A stretch of 59,881 nucleotides of DNA, filler included, from Sphacelaria rigidula (taxonomy: Eukaryota): NCBI GenBank assembly GCA_964200075.2. It is 6 parts of 6 records of this genome, joined end to end, with 100 filler letters (N's around TTAATTAATTAA, not from the genome) between each part and the next. Parts side by side here need not be neighbours in the genome. Positions count along the whole stretch, not along the records: positions 39,990 to 49,885 come from CAXNAA020007533.1; positions 49,986 to 59,881 come from CAXNAA020007534.1; 4 more parts are not named here. One strand, given 5' to 3'. Of the stretch, positions 48,420-59,881 are shown piece by piece. Numbering within the stretch: the first letter of the stretch is position 1; each line of letters opens with the position of its first letter. A model generated the notes under the pieces. The model ran no database searches, was not told the DNA's origin, and worked only from the letters and a program-made list of their open reading frames with translations. The position numbers and the translations under genes were made by a program.

Positions 48420-49680
48420 CTAACGCCCGGCGAACTGGATCATTTTTCCCCCCGATGATGTGAGTCCACGTGATTTTGGTGAAGTCGGATTTTCCCGACA
48501 TCATGTTGACCAGCTGTTTGCGTGATTCTGGTGGTGCGGAGGTGATGCACTTGACCGTTCCACCCATGCGCACAGACGGCTACACCAGGAAAATAGCACG
48601 GTTGCAGAATGGAGACGACTGTGTTTGATGTGAGTATGACTAAGATAGCGTCTTGCAAAATCATTATTCGATTAAAAAAAAATGCAGTGGAAAAGATAAA
48701 TTCCAATCTGATGGCTCGTTATTTCAACATACACAAGAGTTGAAATCAAGACCTATCAGATCGATTTTTTCCTTCTCCACCGCACATTTTCGATTCAAAG
48801 ATAATGTACCAAGACACGCCCTGAGCGTTGTACGAAGGCACGGCAAACACGATGAGGCTCTGGCCAATGCCTGCAACGCCAAAGCCTGGAACGATCGTCT
48901 TCCTACCTACTTGTCGGTATCAAAAGCTTTGTCCAACGCCCGATGCAGCATGAGACACGCCCACCAGAAACGACAGCAACTGTAACTCAATAGCACCGTA
49001 TGGTGCTGACGTAACAGCTGTACACGTGGCACGTCTCACGTTTCCTGTCATGGCGAGACAACCACCGCGATGCCGTTTCGGGAGAGACCAGGGTTCGTCT
49101 AGGTGGCCCTTACATGGGGAAGAATGTGGTTTGCACGAGCGGGGCTCTTTTCTCGCTGTACATGGAGCTGTGCAGCCCAAATAACGCCCCGGTAGCAGTA
49201 CACGAGCGCAGTCTGTACCCATCCATACAGCACCAAACGCCTCTTTGTCGACCATGCCCCAGATACACGTCGCCCGAAAGCGCCAGGTGATCGCGAGCCC
49301 AGATTGCCTGAAAAACTGAGAATGATAATATCATAATGATAATCTCAGCTGGTCTCAATCCCTGTGATACGACCAGAGTACCCCTCTGTAACACGTGGTC
49401 AGGCGATCTGACCGCAGGAAATCAGACCGCCCAGAATACTTGATCGACCCAGATCGCCGCTCGTCAAAGTTGTCCTCACAGCTGTTTTCAGTCAAATACG
49501 GATCCCTCACCGTCCAGGCAGGGCCCAGGCATAACATATTCTGTGGAGGGGCAAATTGCGGATTGATCACATTTTCCCCCCAGGCCAAGTACGGATTTTC
49601 TTCAGCTCGAGCGGCGTCCGCGTCCGAGCATGAACAGTAGCGGACCGCTCATGAGTCACGACGTGGCGAGGAAATCAGTC

Positions 49681-49820
49681 TGAAGCGCCTCATATGGGCG
49701 ACATTAGCGAGAACGAACCCAAGAGTGGGAATTCCCAGTCGCTTGCTCTGCTCCGGTTTTTCCATTTAGATTTGCGAGAAGATTTTGCCTCCCCTAACCA
49801 GCACCTTCGGGGGGGGGCGT
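49681..49820 (+). mobile_element. Partial MITE of the 25212 family
   Basis: TGAAGCGCCTCATATGGGCGACATT..GTGGGAATTCCCAG..GAAGATTTTGCCTCC. Confidence 0.75.
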
Positions 49821-49885
49821 ACTCATTTGTTGCTTGCCTTAGTCATTTGACCATTGACCACGCATCCCTTTCGAGACGGAGCCGA

Positions 49886-49985
49886 NNNNNNNNNNNNNNN
49901 NNNNNNNNNNNNNNNNNNNNNNNNNNNNNTTAATTAATTAANNNNNNNNNNNNNNNNNNNNNNNNNNNNNNNNNNNNNNNNNNNN
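49886..49985. other. Artificial contig linker
   Basis: N44-TTAATTAATTAA-N44. Confidence 0.99.
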
Positions 49986-50520
49986 TCTCGATTTCGTTCA
50001 AGAGAATCTCCAGCTTATTCATTTTCATTGCATTGGTGGGATATCTTCAAGGTATAGAGGGGGGGAGGAGGAATCGCCATTTTTACAAGACAGGTAAGGA
50101 ATATAGCGTTTTCCCCGAACACTAGCTTGTTTTATACGGCGGAACAGCCACGACTCAACACTTTTGAGTCCTAGGCCCTGCTTCGGCAAAATATTTTTGG
50201 CTAACAGTGCCGCGGAAGATATAGGGCAGAACGTGTTACCTTCATCCAGCGTTTGGAATGCCGCACGGTTGTCTGTACAAGACATAGATGCCTGCATTCG
50301 TAAGTACAGAACAGTGCTCCGCTATTGCTCTTCTTCCACCTGACCCTTAGACGGCGAGAGCAGGTGCTGTCGTAGTAGCCGCTCTTGTTTTACAATCAAG
50401 CGTGGTACGGAGCACCGTACTGTAATGTGCTGCGTGTGGAGGAAGGATCGACTGTCTGTTGCTGTGTATACCATCGTTGTTGTAGTTGAGCTACTGTATT
50501 GATAGTTAGATGAGCAATTG

Positions 50521-50789
50521 AAAGTTTCTACGATAACCCCCCCCCCAAAAAAAAAAAAATAGCGCCTGGTTTGGGGAGGCAAAATCTTCACGTAAACTGA
50601 AATAGAAGAGGCCGAGCACAACGGGCAGCTGGAAATTCCCACGCTTGGGTTCGTTCTCGCCGGTGTCGCCCATATGAGGTGCTTCATGCAGCCTGGACCC
50701 AAACATCAGGCTCTGTATGATCATTTTTTATCGTGACACTTTTGGGCTGTTTTTTTTTTTTTGGGGGGGGGGGTATCGTAAAAAGTTTT
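50521..50789 (-). mobile_element. MITE of the 25212 family
   Basis: TIR TTTCTACGATAACCCCCC / GGGGGGTATCGTAAAAA; the body is the reverse complement of 38701-38952. Confidence 0.8.
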
Positions 50790-51416
50790 AGTATAACAAG
50801 AACATACTGAGAAACATGCGGAATCATTTATTTCTGAGAAGGGCTGACATTTTCTACAGTACCAACACCGCGGGAACCAGGACATCCTTCTCTGTTGGGC
50901 CACCCCTGGGGAATGATGACAAAACTCCCAGTAGTATTGGCCGCCCTTGTCATCGAAGTTCGTCGAACGACGTCCTATACGAGTTGGGCCAGCTTAGGAG
51001 CGGGTCTATAGGTTTCAGGTCTATTTTCACCTCAATATTGAGAGTATGGCTTCCCAATTGGTTGGGAGAATCGACAGGGCATGGTGAAAAAAAAACAGAA
51101 GACTGGAAAGTGCTTTTTCATGAGTCAAGGGCGAAGAGCGTGCTCAAGTCATGAAAAAATGAAAATCCCAGCGTTCGGAATTTGCTTGTTTGATGATGCC
51201 CTAGTAATTCTCCTTGTCAAATTTGAAAGTCCAACTCTCAAAATGGAGGTGAGCATAGGAGATGTAGAACTCGGCTCTGTTGAGATTCGGAACGGTATTT
51301 TGCAGGCCATGTGCCAGCCCAGGTTTGGTACTCGTTGCCACGAAATTTGGTGTGAGAAAATGCAAGGGCATGCTGGAAAAAAAATGGGAAGCGTTTTTTT
51401 TTTTTCCAGGAGTGAA

Positions 51417-51522
51417 CCCTTAGACTGCGGTGTGGGTAGTCCATCTGGACTACGCGTACTTCTTTAAGTGAAAATCGATGCCGATTCAGCAGATGACCTA
51501 CTGTACCCTCGCGGTCTAAGGG
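51417..51522. mobile_element. Small piggyBac-type MITE (106 bp)
   Basis: TGAA|CCCTTAGACTGCG...CGCGGTCTAAGGG|TTAA. Confidence 0.75.
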
Positions 51523-52385
51523 TTAAGGACGTTTCAGTATCGCTGATTGATTGATTGTCACGCTTCGACTGATTCCCCCAGGGACAAAGCCGTGAATACA
51601 TGGTAGACGTACAGTACCCGAGACAGTAACGAAACTGAAATGACTCGCTGAAGAGAAATGGAGAGAAAAACAAATGAGGTACAGCAGGAAAATGGACCAA
51701 GAAAAAAGAAAAACGACAACAGAGAAAAAGAGAGCGAGAAATGGCCGGCCTCTGCCATACGCATGGCCTTGGTGTAAAAGGTCTTGCGCAGAAGCCACAC
51801 GCATGCCCAGCGCTGGAAAAAAAAAAGGTCGTGGGAAAAGATTGAGGGTCATCTACCACGACCTCATTACTTTGGGTATGAAACCGCTCATCCATGGACC
51901 TCACGGGAGCAAGACACCAAATTGCTCCGGAACACACCGGCAGGAAAAGACACATACATACAGAGAAAGGTGGGGAAAGGGAGAGCAGAGAAGAAGGAGA
52001 CTGCAGAAGTCGTGCAACCCGAAGGATTCAGAGCAGGGGATCAGGTACAATCGCGCACCAGTGGGGCACCCAGGACGACCGATCAAAACAAAATCGACAA
52101 CCGGAAGGGACGGACAGGATTCTCCGATTAGTGACTCCCCACGCAGCAGCCCCTCTCGTTCGTGACGTCGTAGGGACCATATCTTGACGAGAATGTCCCT
52201 CTAACTCACCAGAAAAAAAAACATGAAGGCTCACGTTTTTTTTTTGTTTTCATTGGTATGCTCTTGTGATTCTCCTTAGTATGCAATTTCGGACCACAAT
52301 TTTACGTAAGAGTTGAGCTGAGAAGCCGCGATGCGGGCTAATACGATGTCGACTTTTTTTTCAAAGCCTCAAAGACATGAAACAA

Positions 52386-52390
<5 letters not shown>

Positions 52391-52455
<65 letters not shown>

Positions 52456-52459
52456 CACA
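52391..52459 (+). repeat. (AC)n microsatellite
   Basis: Directly visible run. Confidence 0.95.
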
Positions 52460-52540
52460 AGGAGCTGAACTTTTTTTTAATTCATGTGCCCTATATTTTA
52501 GCGATTCTCCAAACCAAAAAAAAAAAAACTCTCGGAACTG

Positions 52541-53357
52541 AGTCCGCTTTTTATAGTCCGAAAACGGGCACTCTGAGAACTGCCCTTTTGGGGTCTTTCA
52601 TGACGGAGTTTTGGCGGAATACGGGCCTTGGCGGATTGGGCCTCCTCGGGAAGATCTGCCGTGTTTTCACGAGGATTCTAGCGCGCTTTCCCGGTAGTTC
52701 GTACGCCCAGTTTTACATTTGGCCGGGTTCTGAATTTACGCAGTTGCCCCAAAAACCTTCGAGTTGTCGGGGAAAATCAAGTTTTTGTCAAGGCTATGTT
52801 ACCCGCGTTGGGCTCAAAATGCCCATGGTTGATACAATTTTGCAAGTATCGCTACCCTTACCCCTAAACCCAACTCCACGTATACCGAGAACTCTCGGGC
52901 AAGGGCAGTGCGTACATTCCCTGGGCAAGGTGCGGCCTTGGTAGACCCCAAATCGGCGCCTGTGGCGCCGATTTGAACAAAAACGCGTTCTTCTGCGCGT
53001 GCGAGGAGCACACGGGACTGTCAGCCCTACTAGAATTTCGATTCTCGCTGTACACACTCAAATCAAGTAATATCAACCATGAGCATTTGTAGCCCGATCC
53101 GGGTAAACTCTTCTGCTTTTTACCGACAACTGACTGGACGATTTCTGGGGCGGCTGAAAAAATCCAGAATGCGGCCAAAAGTAAAACTGGACGTACGAAA
53201 AATAGGAAAAGTGCGCTAGAATTCTCGTGAAATACAAAGCAAATCTTCCCAAGGAGGCCAAATCCGCCAAGGCCTGTATTCCGCCAAAAATTCACGATAA
53301 AGGGCTCAAAAAGGGCAGTTCTCAGAGAGTCCGTTTTCAGACTAGAAGAAGCGGTCT
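52541..53357. mobile_element. Long-TIR (Mutator/foldback-like) non-autonomous element, ~815 bp
   Basis: ~290-bp inverted arms (52541-52835 and 53070-53357) with a ~235-bp spacer. No TSD recognised. Confidence 0.85.
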
Positions 53358-53529
53358 GCGACGCGAGATAGATCCAGATTAGGTCTCTCTAGTGCCTCTG
53401 CTCGTAATGTATTGAGCTCAGTACGGAATATTGTATCATATGCGCAATGTCTTTGGATAGATGACGAAATACGTGAAACTAGGGGTATCGATCGTTTCCC
53501 CGTGCTCCAGGAAATGTTCTCAACCAAAA

Positions 53530-53790
53530 TCGGCATCATTCGCTGAACATAATGTTTGGGGTTCGTTCATGGGCTTTAGCGGGGACCCTATCTCCGTACG
53601 GTATAGGAATTACTCGGCATGGCGTTTAATCAACGAGAAAAAACTATCCAGGCTGTTGAGCTGATGGGCATCTCCCCCTCGACTAGACGATAAAAAAAAT
53701 ATGCAGATCACCGCCCACTTCGTCTGTGTCGATGAAATATAGCTGTGAGGTGTTAAATCCGTTTGTAGTAGACTGGCACAGCTTGCAGCT
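53530..53790 (+). repeat. Unclassified repeat shared with ~10140-10405
   Basis: Collinear similarity between contigs 2 and 6. Confidence 0.7.
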
Positions 53791-55011
53791 GCGAATCGTC
53801 GTGTACATAATTTCGGAACACTTTCACTTCGATCGGGGGGGTGGGCGCCAAGACCAACCCAGCTTCAGTACATACAGTAAGTAACATCGGGTGTATGCGA
53901 GCGGAGCGGGTCACATTGGGCGTAGCCTATCACCTGGTGGTAGGATGAATGTGCTGTACATAGGAGTCCTACTCGTATGAGCCTCGTACTCCATGATCAG
54001 GTCACACAAAAAATCTGTACGAATTTTGAGCAATAGACGGCCGCTGTTCCGGCACGGGTATCTTCTGTTTGTGGGATGCAGCAGAGGATATCGCGCACGG
54101 ACACAGCAACAGTGCAACAAACAATGTAGCAGTACAGAGTCGCATTGCACCAGCCTGCAGACGCAATACACCAGGCGCCTTGCGGAACTGATGGAAACAG
54201 CGACGACGGTAAAGAGTTCGCCCTACTTACCTAGAAGGGTTTCGCTGTACCGTCACTCAGGTTGCGCCGCCGCCGTGGTATGTGTGTCGGTGATTTGCCG
54301 TGGTGTCTCCTGGATTGACTTTTGACTCCTCCAGCATTCTGTTGGTGTTGACATGTGCAACTCTCTCGAAATGGGTGGCAAGCACCTCACACACAATGAC
54401 TAACCTAGAGGATTGGGACGGGATAAAGCGACGTGATGACTTCGATACAATGAAACCAGGTATACCACGTCCGTGAACTGGTGAATAGAGGCAAATCTAA
54501 AATGTACACATGCTACGATACAATCTTGCCGAGATGGATGCGGATGAATAACCCGCAAAAAAAGTGGTAGATCCGCTACAGTACTGTAGACATCAAAAGG
54601 TAGACCCTCGAACATTGACCAGGAACGGGTACTTAATTGTTTCCCGCTCCCCTGGAAAATAACGCCATGGTACAATGTATTTCGCTTCGAGCAGTTGCGA
54701 GAAAGCCACACACGCCGGCCTGGGAGGACATCATCTAACTCGGGGGCACGCAACCGCACAGCTTGGTTCGAGAAAATCCCAAACGCAGAGGGAAACCCCC
54801 TGGTAGTGACGTATCCCATCATAGTAGCCGTCCCACTTCTAATAGTTCTCAAGAGCACTGCCACACGCACACTGTCTAGGAAGAGAACGGCAGCGCAGAG
54901 GGCAGGGCACCAAAACTCCCACGGAGAGAAGCGAATAGTTCCGGCGGCGGCAGTCTGTACAGGTCGTGATTTTTGAGCCACGCTTTATAGCTAGCTCCTC
55001 GTGGTAAGTAA

Positions 55012-55293
<282 letters not shown>

Positions 55294-58200
55294 TGATGTC
55301 AAGCTACGGGCTCCAAAGTGCGCTCGGAATGAGCCCCCCGTCGTACCGGAAGGTTCACGGGTAGCCCGTTACGCACCGTCTTCCCGTATTGGCATAAACG
55401 GCAGTGTTCAGTGTTCGTGCCCCTGCCTTGTGGAGTGTTATATATTTATTGTATTTTCCCACTTTGATGAATCGTGGACTTCGGGATGATCACGGGGTGT
55501 TCGAATGCCTTTGTGACGTTTGGATGAACACCTGGGTGTCTCGAGCTGGTTCCTTCGACGCCCAGCCTACCGCCGCTCTCTCGCTTTCGATTATCGCATG
55601 AATAACCTGAGGCGGTACGTCGTGTATTATCTCCATGGTTGAGGGGCTCTATCTAGTTGTCCAGCTTTGACGCCATCCCCGGCGGAAACCTGAGAGGGTG
55701 GGGTAGTAGGTAGCATGGGCAGTGTGCTATTTTGATGTGATTTCGTCGTCTGCTTTGAAGGTTTCCTTTCTTTTTTTTCGGCCTGATTTCAGGCAAAAAT
55801 CTTCCCAGTGCCCCGCTGCTCCGCGTCGAGTCTTGGTGATGCCTATGCCGGGATAGGCGCCGTTCTTGTGTGACGAAAGGATGCAGTATAAATCATAACG
55901 CTGCCTAGATCGATCGATATTCTCTTCATTGTCCAGAGCAGCGCATCGCGGGAAGGGCGCAATACTGATCTGTTTTCCCCGTCTTGTCTCCCAACAAGGA
56001 GTTATCAAAAATGTTCTTGAACGATTTTTCCGGAGGATTCATTTGTCCAACCTGTAGCCCTCTGCGTCGTACGGTACAGTAAGTGGTGCAGTAGTGTTGA
56101 CTGTCTGTGCTGACTGTCACGCACGATTGTAAAGGCGCACCCGTGAACGTACCTGAGCGCCACCACCACGTCTTTACCCCTGCTACCAAGAGTTGTCGTG
56201 TGCACATACGTGCGTTACCTCTTCTCCGCTATCCCCCACCCCCTAGAACAGGGATGTACACGAGCGAGGCATGATTGAAAAATCACGCCGCAACAGCACT
56301 TTTGAAAATGTTTCTCTGATCGATCAGTGTTGCGTCTCTGCATAACAGCTACCCGTATGTTGGGCACTCAAAGTTGAAAGTTCGTGTGACTCATGTTGAA
56401 GATGTTTTCATCTGGGTGGGACATGAGATCAGGGTTACTTGCACACGGATGACCGCGGCTAATGACCCAATGCGGATGGGAAATCCACAATGGATCGGTC
56501 CAGTCAACTGAGGTTCCATCTGATCTGCCCCCACCCCCCCTCGCGCCCCGGTCCTCTGGTGCTTTTGTCGGTCCTTCTCCGTCGAAACTTTAGTATACAC
56601 CAGTTGCGGTGTTCAAGACATGATATGCACGCCCTGTCTCTATCGTAGGACTTGACTCCACCGTCTTGTGCGCTGAAGCGACTCGCCTGTAAGTACCATA
56701 CTCTACTCCAGTGTACCGTTCGGTTCTACTTCAAAGCGTTGATGTCCATGCGGTTCTGCAGTGAGGTAGGTCTACGCGCAGCAGCCATGTTCTGGTGGTC
56801 CGTTCGTTCGTTTTTTCATCGGCATCGCTGTTGCGAGTTTTGACCACACGCCGTTTGATCAAGCGGGCGTATACAGCGTACAGTCAGTACAGAGTAATCG
56901 CGAAACCATGTTACAGAACCTCTGTACGAGTAGTAGGTGTCGTTTGAGAGCGTCCCGTGGGGGCAGGGGGGGAATCCCTTGCGGCGACACCCTCGTTTCC
57001 TTCGATAACAACCGTCAGTGGCAGTTTAAGATGAGCATCGCTCCTCAATCTTCGCGCAGCAACGTGGGGCTCTCTTGTGTTTTTCATGTGCCCAAGAAAA
57101 TTCTCGAGCGGTCAGGCGATCACAAGAGGATGTGTTTCACTTGTCCACCTGTGGTACCCTAACTCCTGGTTTTCATCGTGTGTCGCGGGACTGTACCGTG
57201 CTGTCCCGTTAGTTGCACTCGAGTTGACTGTTGACGCAGATGTGCGGGTTGACCGCAATCGAGACCGCGCCCGCCCCGTCTGTGCACGCTTTGCGCAGAC
57301 AACGCCTTCCTGCAACTGGACAGGTGTAACCTGACCGTTTTTTAGAATCGTTGGACGCTCCCTGTTTAGGGGTATTAAAACGGGCCTGTTTATGGGGGGG
57401 GGGGGGTGCTGTTTCCATGCTGCTTGAAAAAAAAATCAACATCTCCGCCCGAAAAGCGTATTTTGGTGCATACCAGGGCCGATTTTTGCCGAAAGACGGG
57501 GGGCTGCGGGGATTCAGCCGCGTCGCAAATAGTTCCTGTACTATTTGAAAGATTTCTAAGGCACTTTTCCGATCTTTTATGTACCAATTCGACTTTTTGG
57601 TCTCACGAGTGAGAGTGCGAGTCTCTTGCAGATGAAGCAGTTTCATTGTGAAATTGATTCGTCCGATCAACAGTCATACTAGGCACATGGATACCGAGGA
57701 AAGTGCCTGAGTATTCACTCTGAGATTACAGCAAGTCTTCCCCAGGTGGCCCAGTCGGCTGATCTCCATATTCAGGCAAAAATCGGTGCTGAATATTCAA
57801 AGCAGGCTTTCGTGGGAGAGACTATTCGCAGCATGAGAAGCAGTCTGAGTTGATGGTGAAACCGGCTGACGTATGCTTGTGCAGTGGTGTTGTGTGTGAG
57901 TGCGTGTTGGGGTTCAACGTTCAACGTCCAAACAGCTGTTTGCCCGGACACTCTCGCTTTTGAAGACGAGCACCACTGAAACATGTTCCAACACTACTGC
58001 GTTGCTCTGTTGTATCCGAAGCAGTGACGGGCACTACTGTCTAGCAGTGGTACACGTTTATCATTAGGTGGCCCTTGGTTGAGGAGCATTGGGCATGTGC
58101 CTCGACGAAACCCCTTTGAAGAACCGATAGGTGTTTGGTGTGACTGCTGCTGCATATTCGATATCTTATTGATGCTGTACAGTTGATACGGAGCTGATCT

Positions 58201-59283
58201 AGACATCGTTTCCTACGATAGCTCCCTCGATTCAGCGGATCTCTGGATGCTGAGTCGATCTGCGACGGTTTGAATAATTTGCTTCGTTGGTCAGTACAGT
58301 AGGCAAGACATAGTTCGCACGCAATACCCTGCGGGCCTGAACTGAACGTCACATTCCCACGGCTTGTGTCTAAGCTTCCGTACACGAAGGGCCGGTCTGC
58401 TCCAGTGTCAATCAGCCGAGTATCCTGCGGTAAGGCTTGCATAAGCCCACGGAGTTCTCGATGCGGAACTGTAGATTCGAGTCGTGTCACTTGGCCTTTT
58501 TTTCACCCTTCTTCTAGCCCTTGTTGTAACTGTACAGCACCAGACACAACGGGACCTGGACCGTTGAATGGTATCCCCTCATGCTTAGTCCACTGACCAC
58601 AGGCGATTGGGCTATATACTGATGGTACTCTTCTGAGGGGCAGCTGTGTCATCTTCTGCTGGTGGATGTCGCCGTATGTATCGTTCCGAGAATGCAAGAG
58701 GGTTTTGAATGGATACATTTTTTTGCCAATCTATATGCGGTGTATCGGGCCACGGTCAAAGTCACGGCTGCACAAGACTGTACGGCCCAGTACACAGCCT
58801 TGTCCCGCGGTGAAACAGCTTGCGAATCCGTCGCTAAACCAGGGTAGACTTTGAATATCTTGTTCGATATATTTTTCAGATACCGTGCCGGGCAGGTTGT
58901 GTATGACACATCTCCGCCGTCGGCGCAGGGATTTTTTTCGGATACTAATTAAATAGCCCTGTGTGCGATGAATATATTGTACCGGACGCATGACGTGAAA
59001 GGGTGGCAGGCACCAAGATCGTCAATCTTTCGGATATGCAGTCTTCACTGCATGATGCATGCCAGTTCTTCAACAAGCCAACCGAAACAACCATTTTTGT
59101 AGTGAGGAACGCGTGCGCGGATCCCCATGGAGCCATGGTTGCAAAGTAAACATTCCTACTATTCGTACGTGCTCTGCTGTGTTGTACTCTTTTGCGCCCA
59201 TATTTCCACGTTAGTTGGTGAAAACGTTACAACTTTGACGAACCACAATGGAAGGCCACTTGTTGACTTAGCACAGGTCGTCA

Positions 59284-59440
59284 CAAAAGTAGTCGACTGA
59301 ATTTGTGTGACGTAAGTTGACGCGGTGCGGGAGTGCTGACCCAATCCGCGAGACCAAGATGTAGGGCACTTACCGGGGGAGAGATGGGTTGATCCCTTGA
59401 GACCACGGACTCATCCGGAGGGAGGAAGAGGAGGGGTTCA
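59284..59440 (+). mobile_element. SINE family 2 core fragment
   Basis: AAAAGTAGT.GACTGAATT..GTTGACGCGGTGCGGGAGTGCTGA..GAGAGATGGGTTGAT..GACCACGGACTC matches ~44030-44175. Confidence 0.75.
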
Positions 59441-59881
59441 CGAGGATTGTTGGGCCATGTGTGAGAAAAAAATCCCAAGTGTAGATGAAGAGAAAGCAAA
59501 GAAGAAGAGAGGAAGTAAGAAGTTCCGATCGAACTATAGTCTGGCCTAAGACCGACCCTAATGGCAGCCGCTTACAATTCCTGTTCAAAACTGCCTCTTT
59601 GGCCCTTCCGTCGTTATCCGCCTGGAAAGAGAGCCAGGCGGATATTGACGCGTTGGAATAAGTTGCTGTGCTCCTTGAGACCGTTCCAGGGGAACGTCGC
59701 ATTACCTGCGGGCTGCACTTATATTTTTGTTTAAAACGGATCGTCAGTAAAAAGACAGTCTACCACTCAAAATACTGAGGAAGATTCTGATCACCTGACC
59801 GTTTTTCACTGAATATTTCATACGTCGGACGAGCCATCACTCGTCGAGACGAGTGCACTCGTTGATGTTTTTCGAAAACAT

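Noticed and set aside
48080..49640. Further upstream exons of the minus-strand gene
   Set aside because: Several coding-like stretches exist, but their phases do not join consistently and stops or a MITE intervene.
52486..53295. Two similar ORFs on opposite strands (FWRNTGLGG.GLLGKIC)
   Set aside because: Translation artefact of the long TIRs.
54400..54981. 193-aa ORF divergent from UBC
   Set aside because: Non-ATG start, no recognisable domain or splice support, and it overlaps the probable promoter/5' UTR.
55460..55615. Intronic box C/D snoRNA (TGATGA..CTGA)
   Set aside because: No terminal stem or recognisable rRNA-complementary guide, and such short motifs are expected by chance.

Overview
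This is not one continuous locus. It is six unrelated eukaryotic contigs (9898, 9898, 9897, 9896, 9896, 9896 bp, i.e. size-sorted) joined by artificial 100-bp N44-TTAATTAATTAA-N44 linkers, so nothing should be inferred across the linkers. GT-AG intron-rich genes with long introns, a UBC4/5-type E2 exon and a coiled-coil/double-BTB gene suggest a stramenopile, probably a brown alga (inference). Most of the DNA is transposon-derived: a non-autonomous Copia-like LTR element with a TSD, an RT-less Gypsy element, two tRNA-derived SINE families, Tc1/mariner- and piggyBac-type MITEs, and several long foldback elements. Four genes are supported: a double-BTB gene with one in-frame TAG; a phase-consistent spliced gene with a RanBP2-type zinc finger split by an intron; a 5-exon minus-strand gene of unknown function; and exon 1 of a UBC4/5 E2. 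The most unusual structures are a ~0.95-kb repeat whose two copies carry the same palindrome-rich ~230-bp core in opposite orientations, and a near-perfect spacer-less 90-bp palindrome formed by two abutting TIRs. I found no CRISPR array, rRNA, true tRNA gene or clearly new multi-gene system. Most ORFs in the supplied track are spurious. Identities and exon phases were counted by eye.
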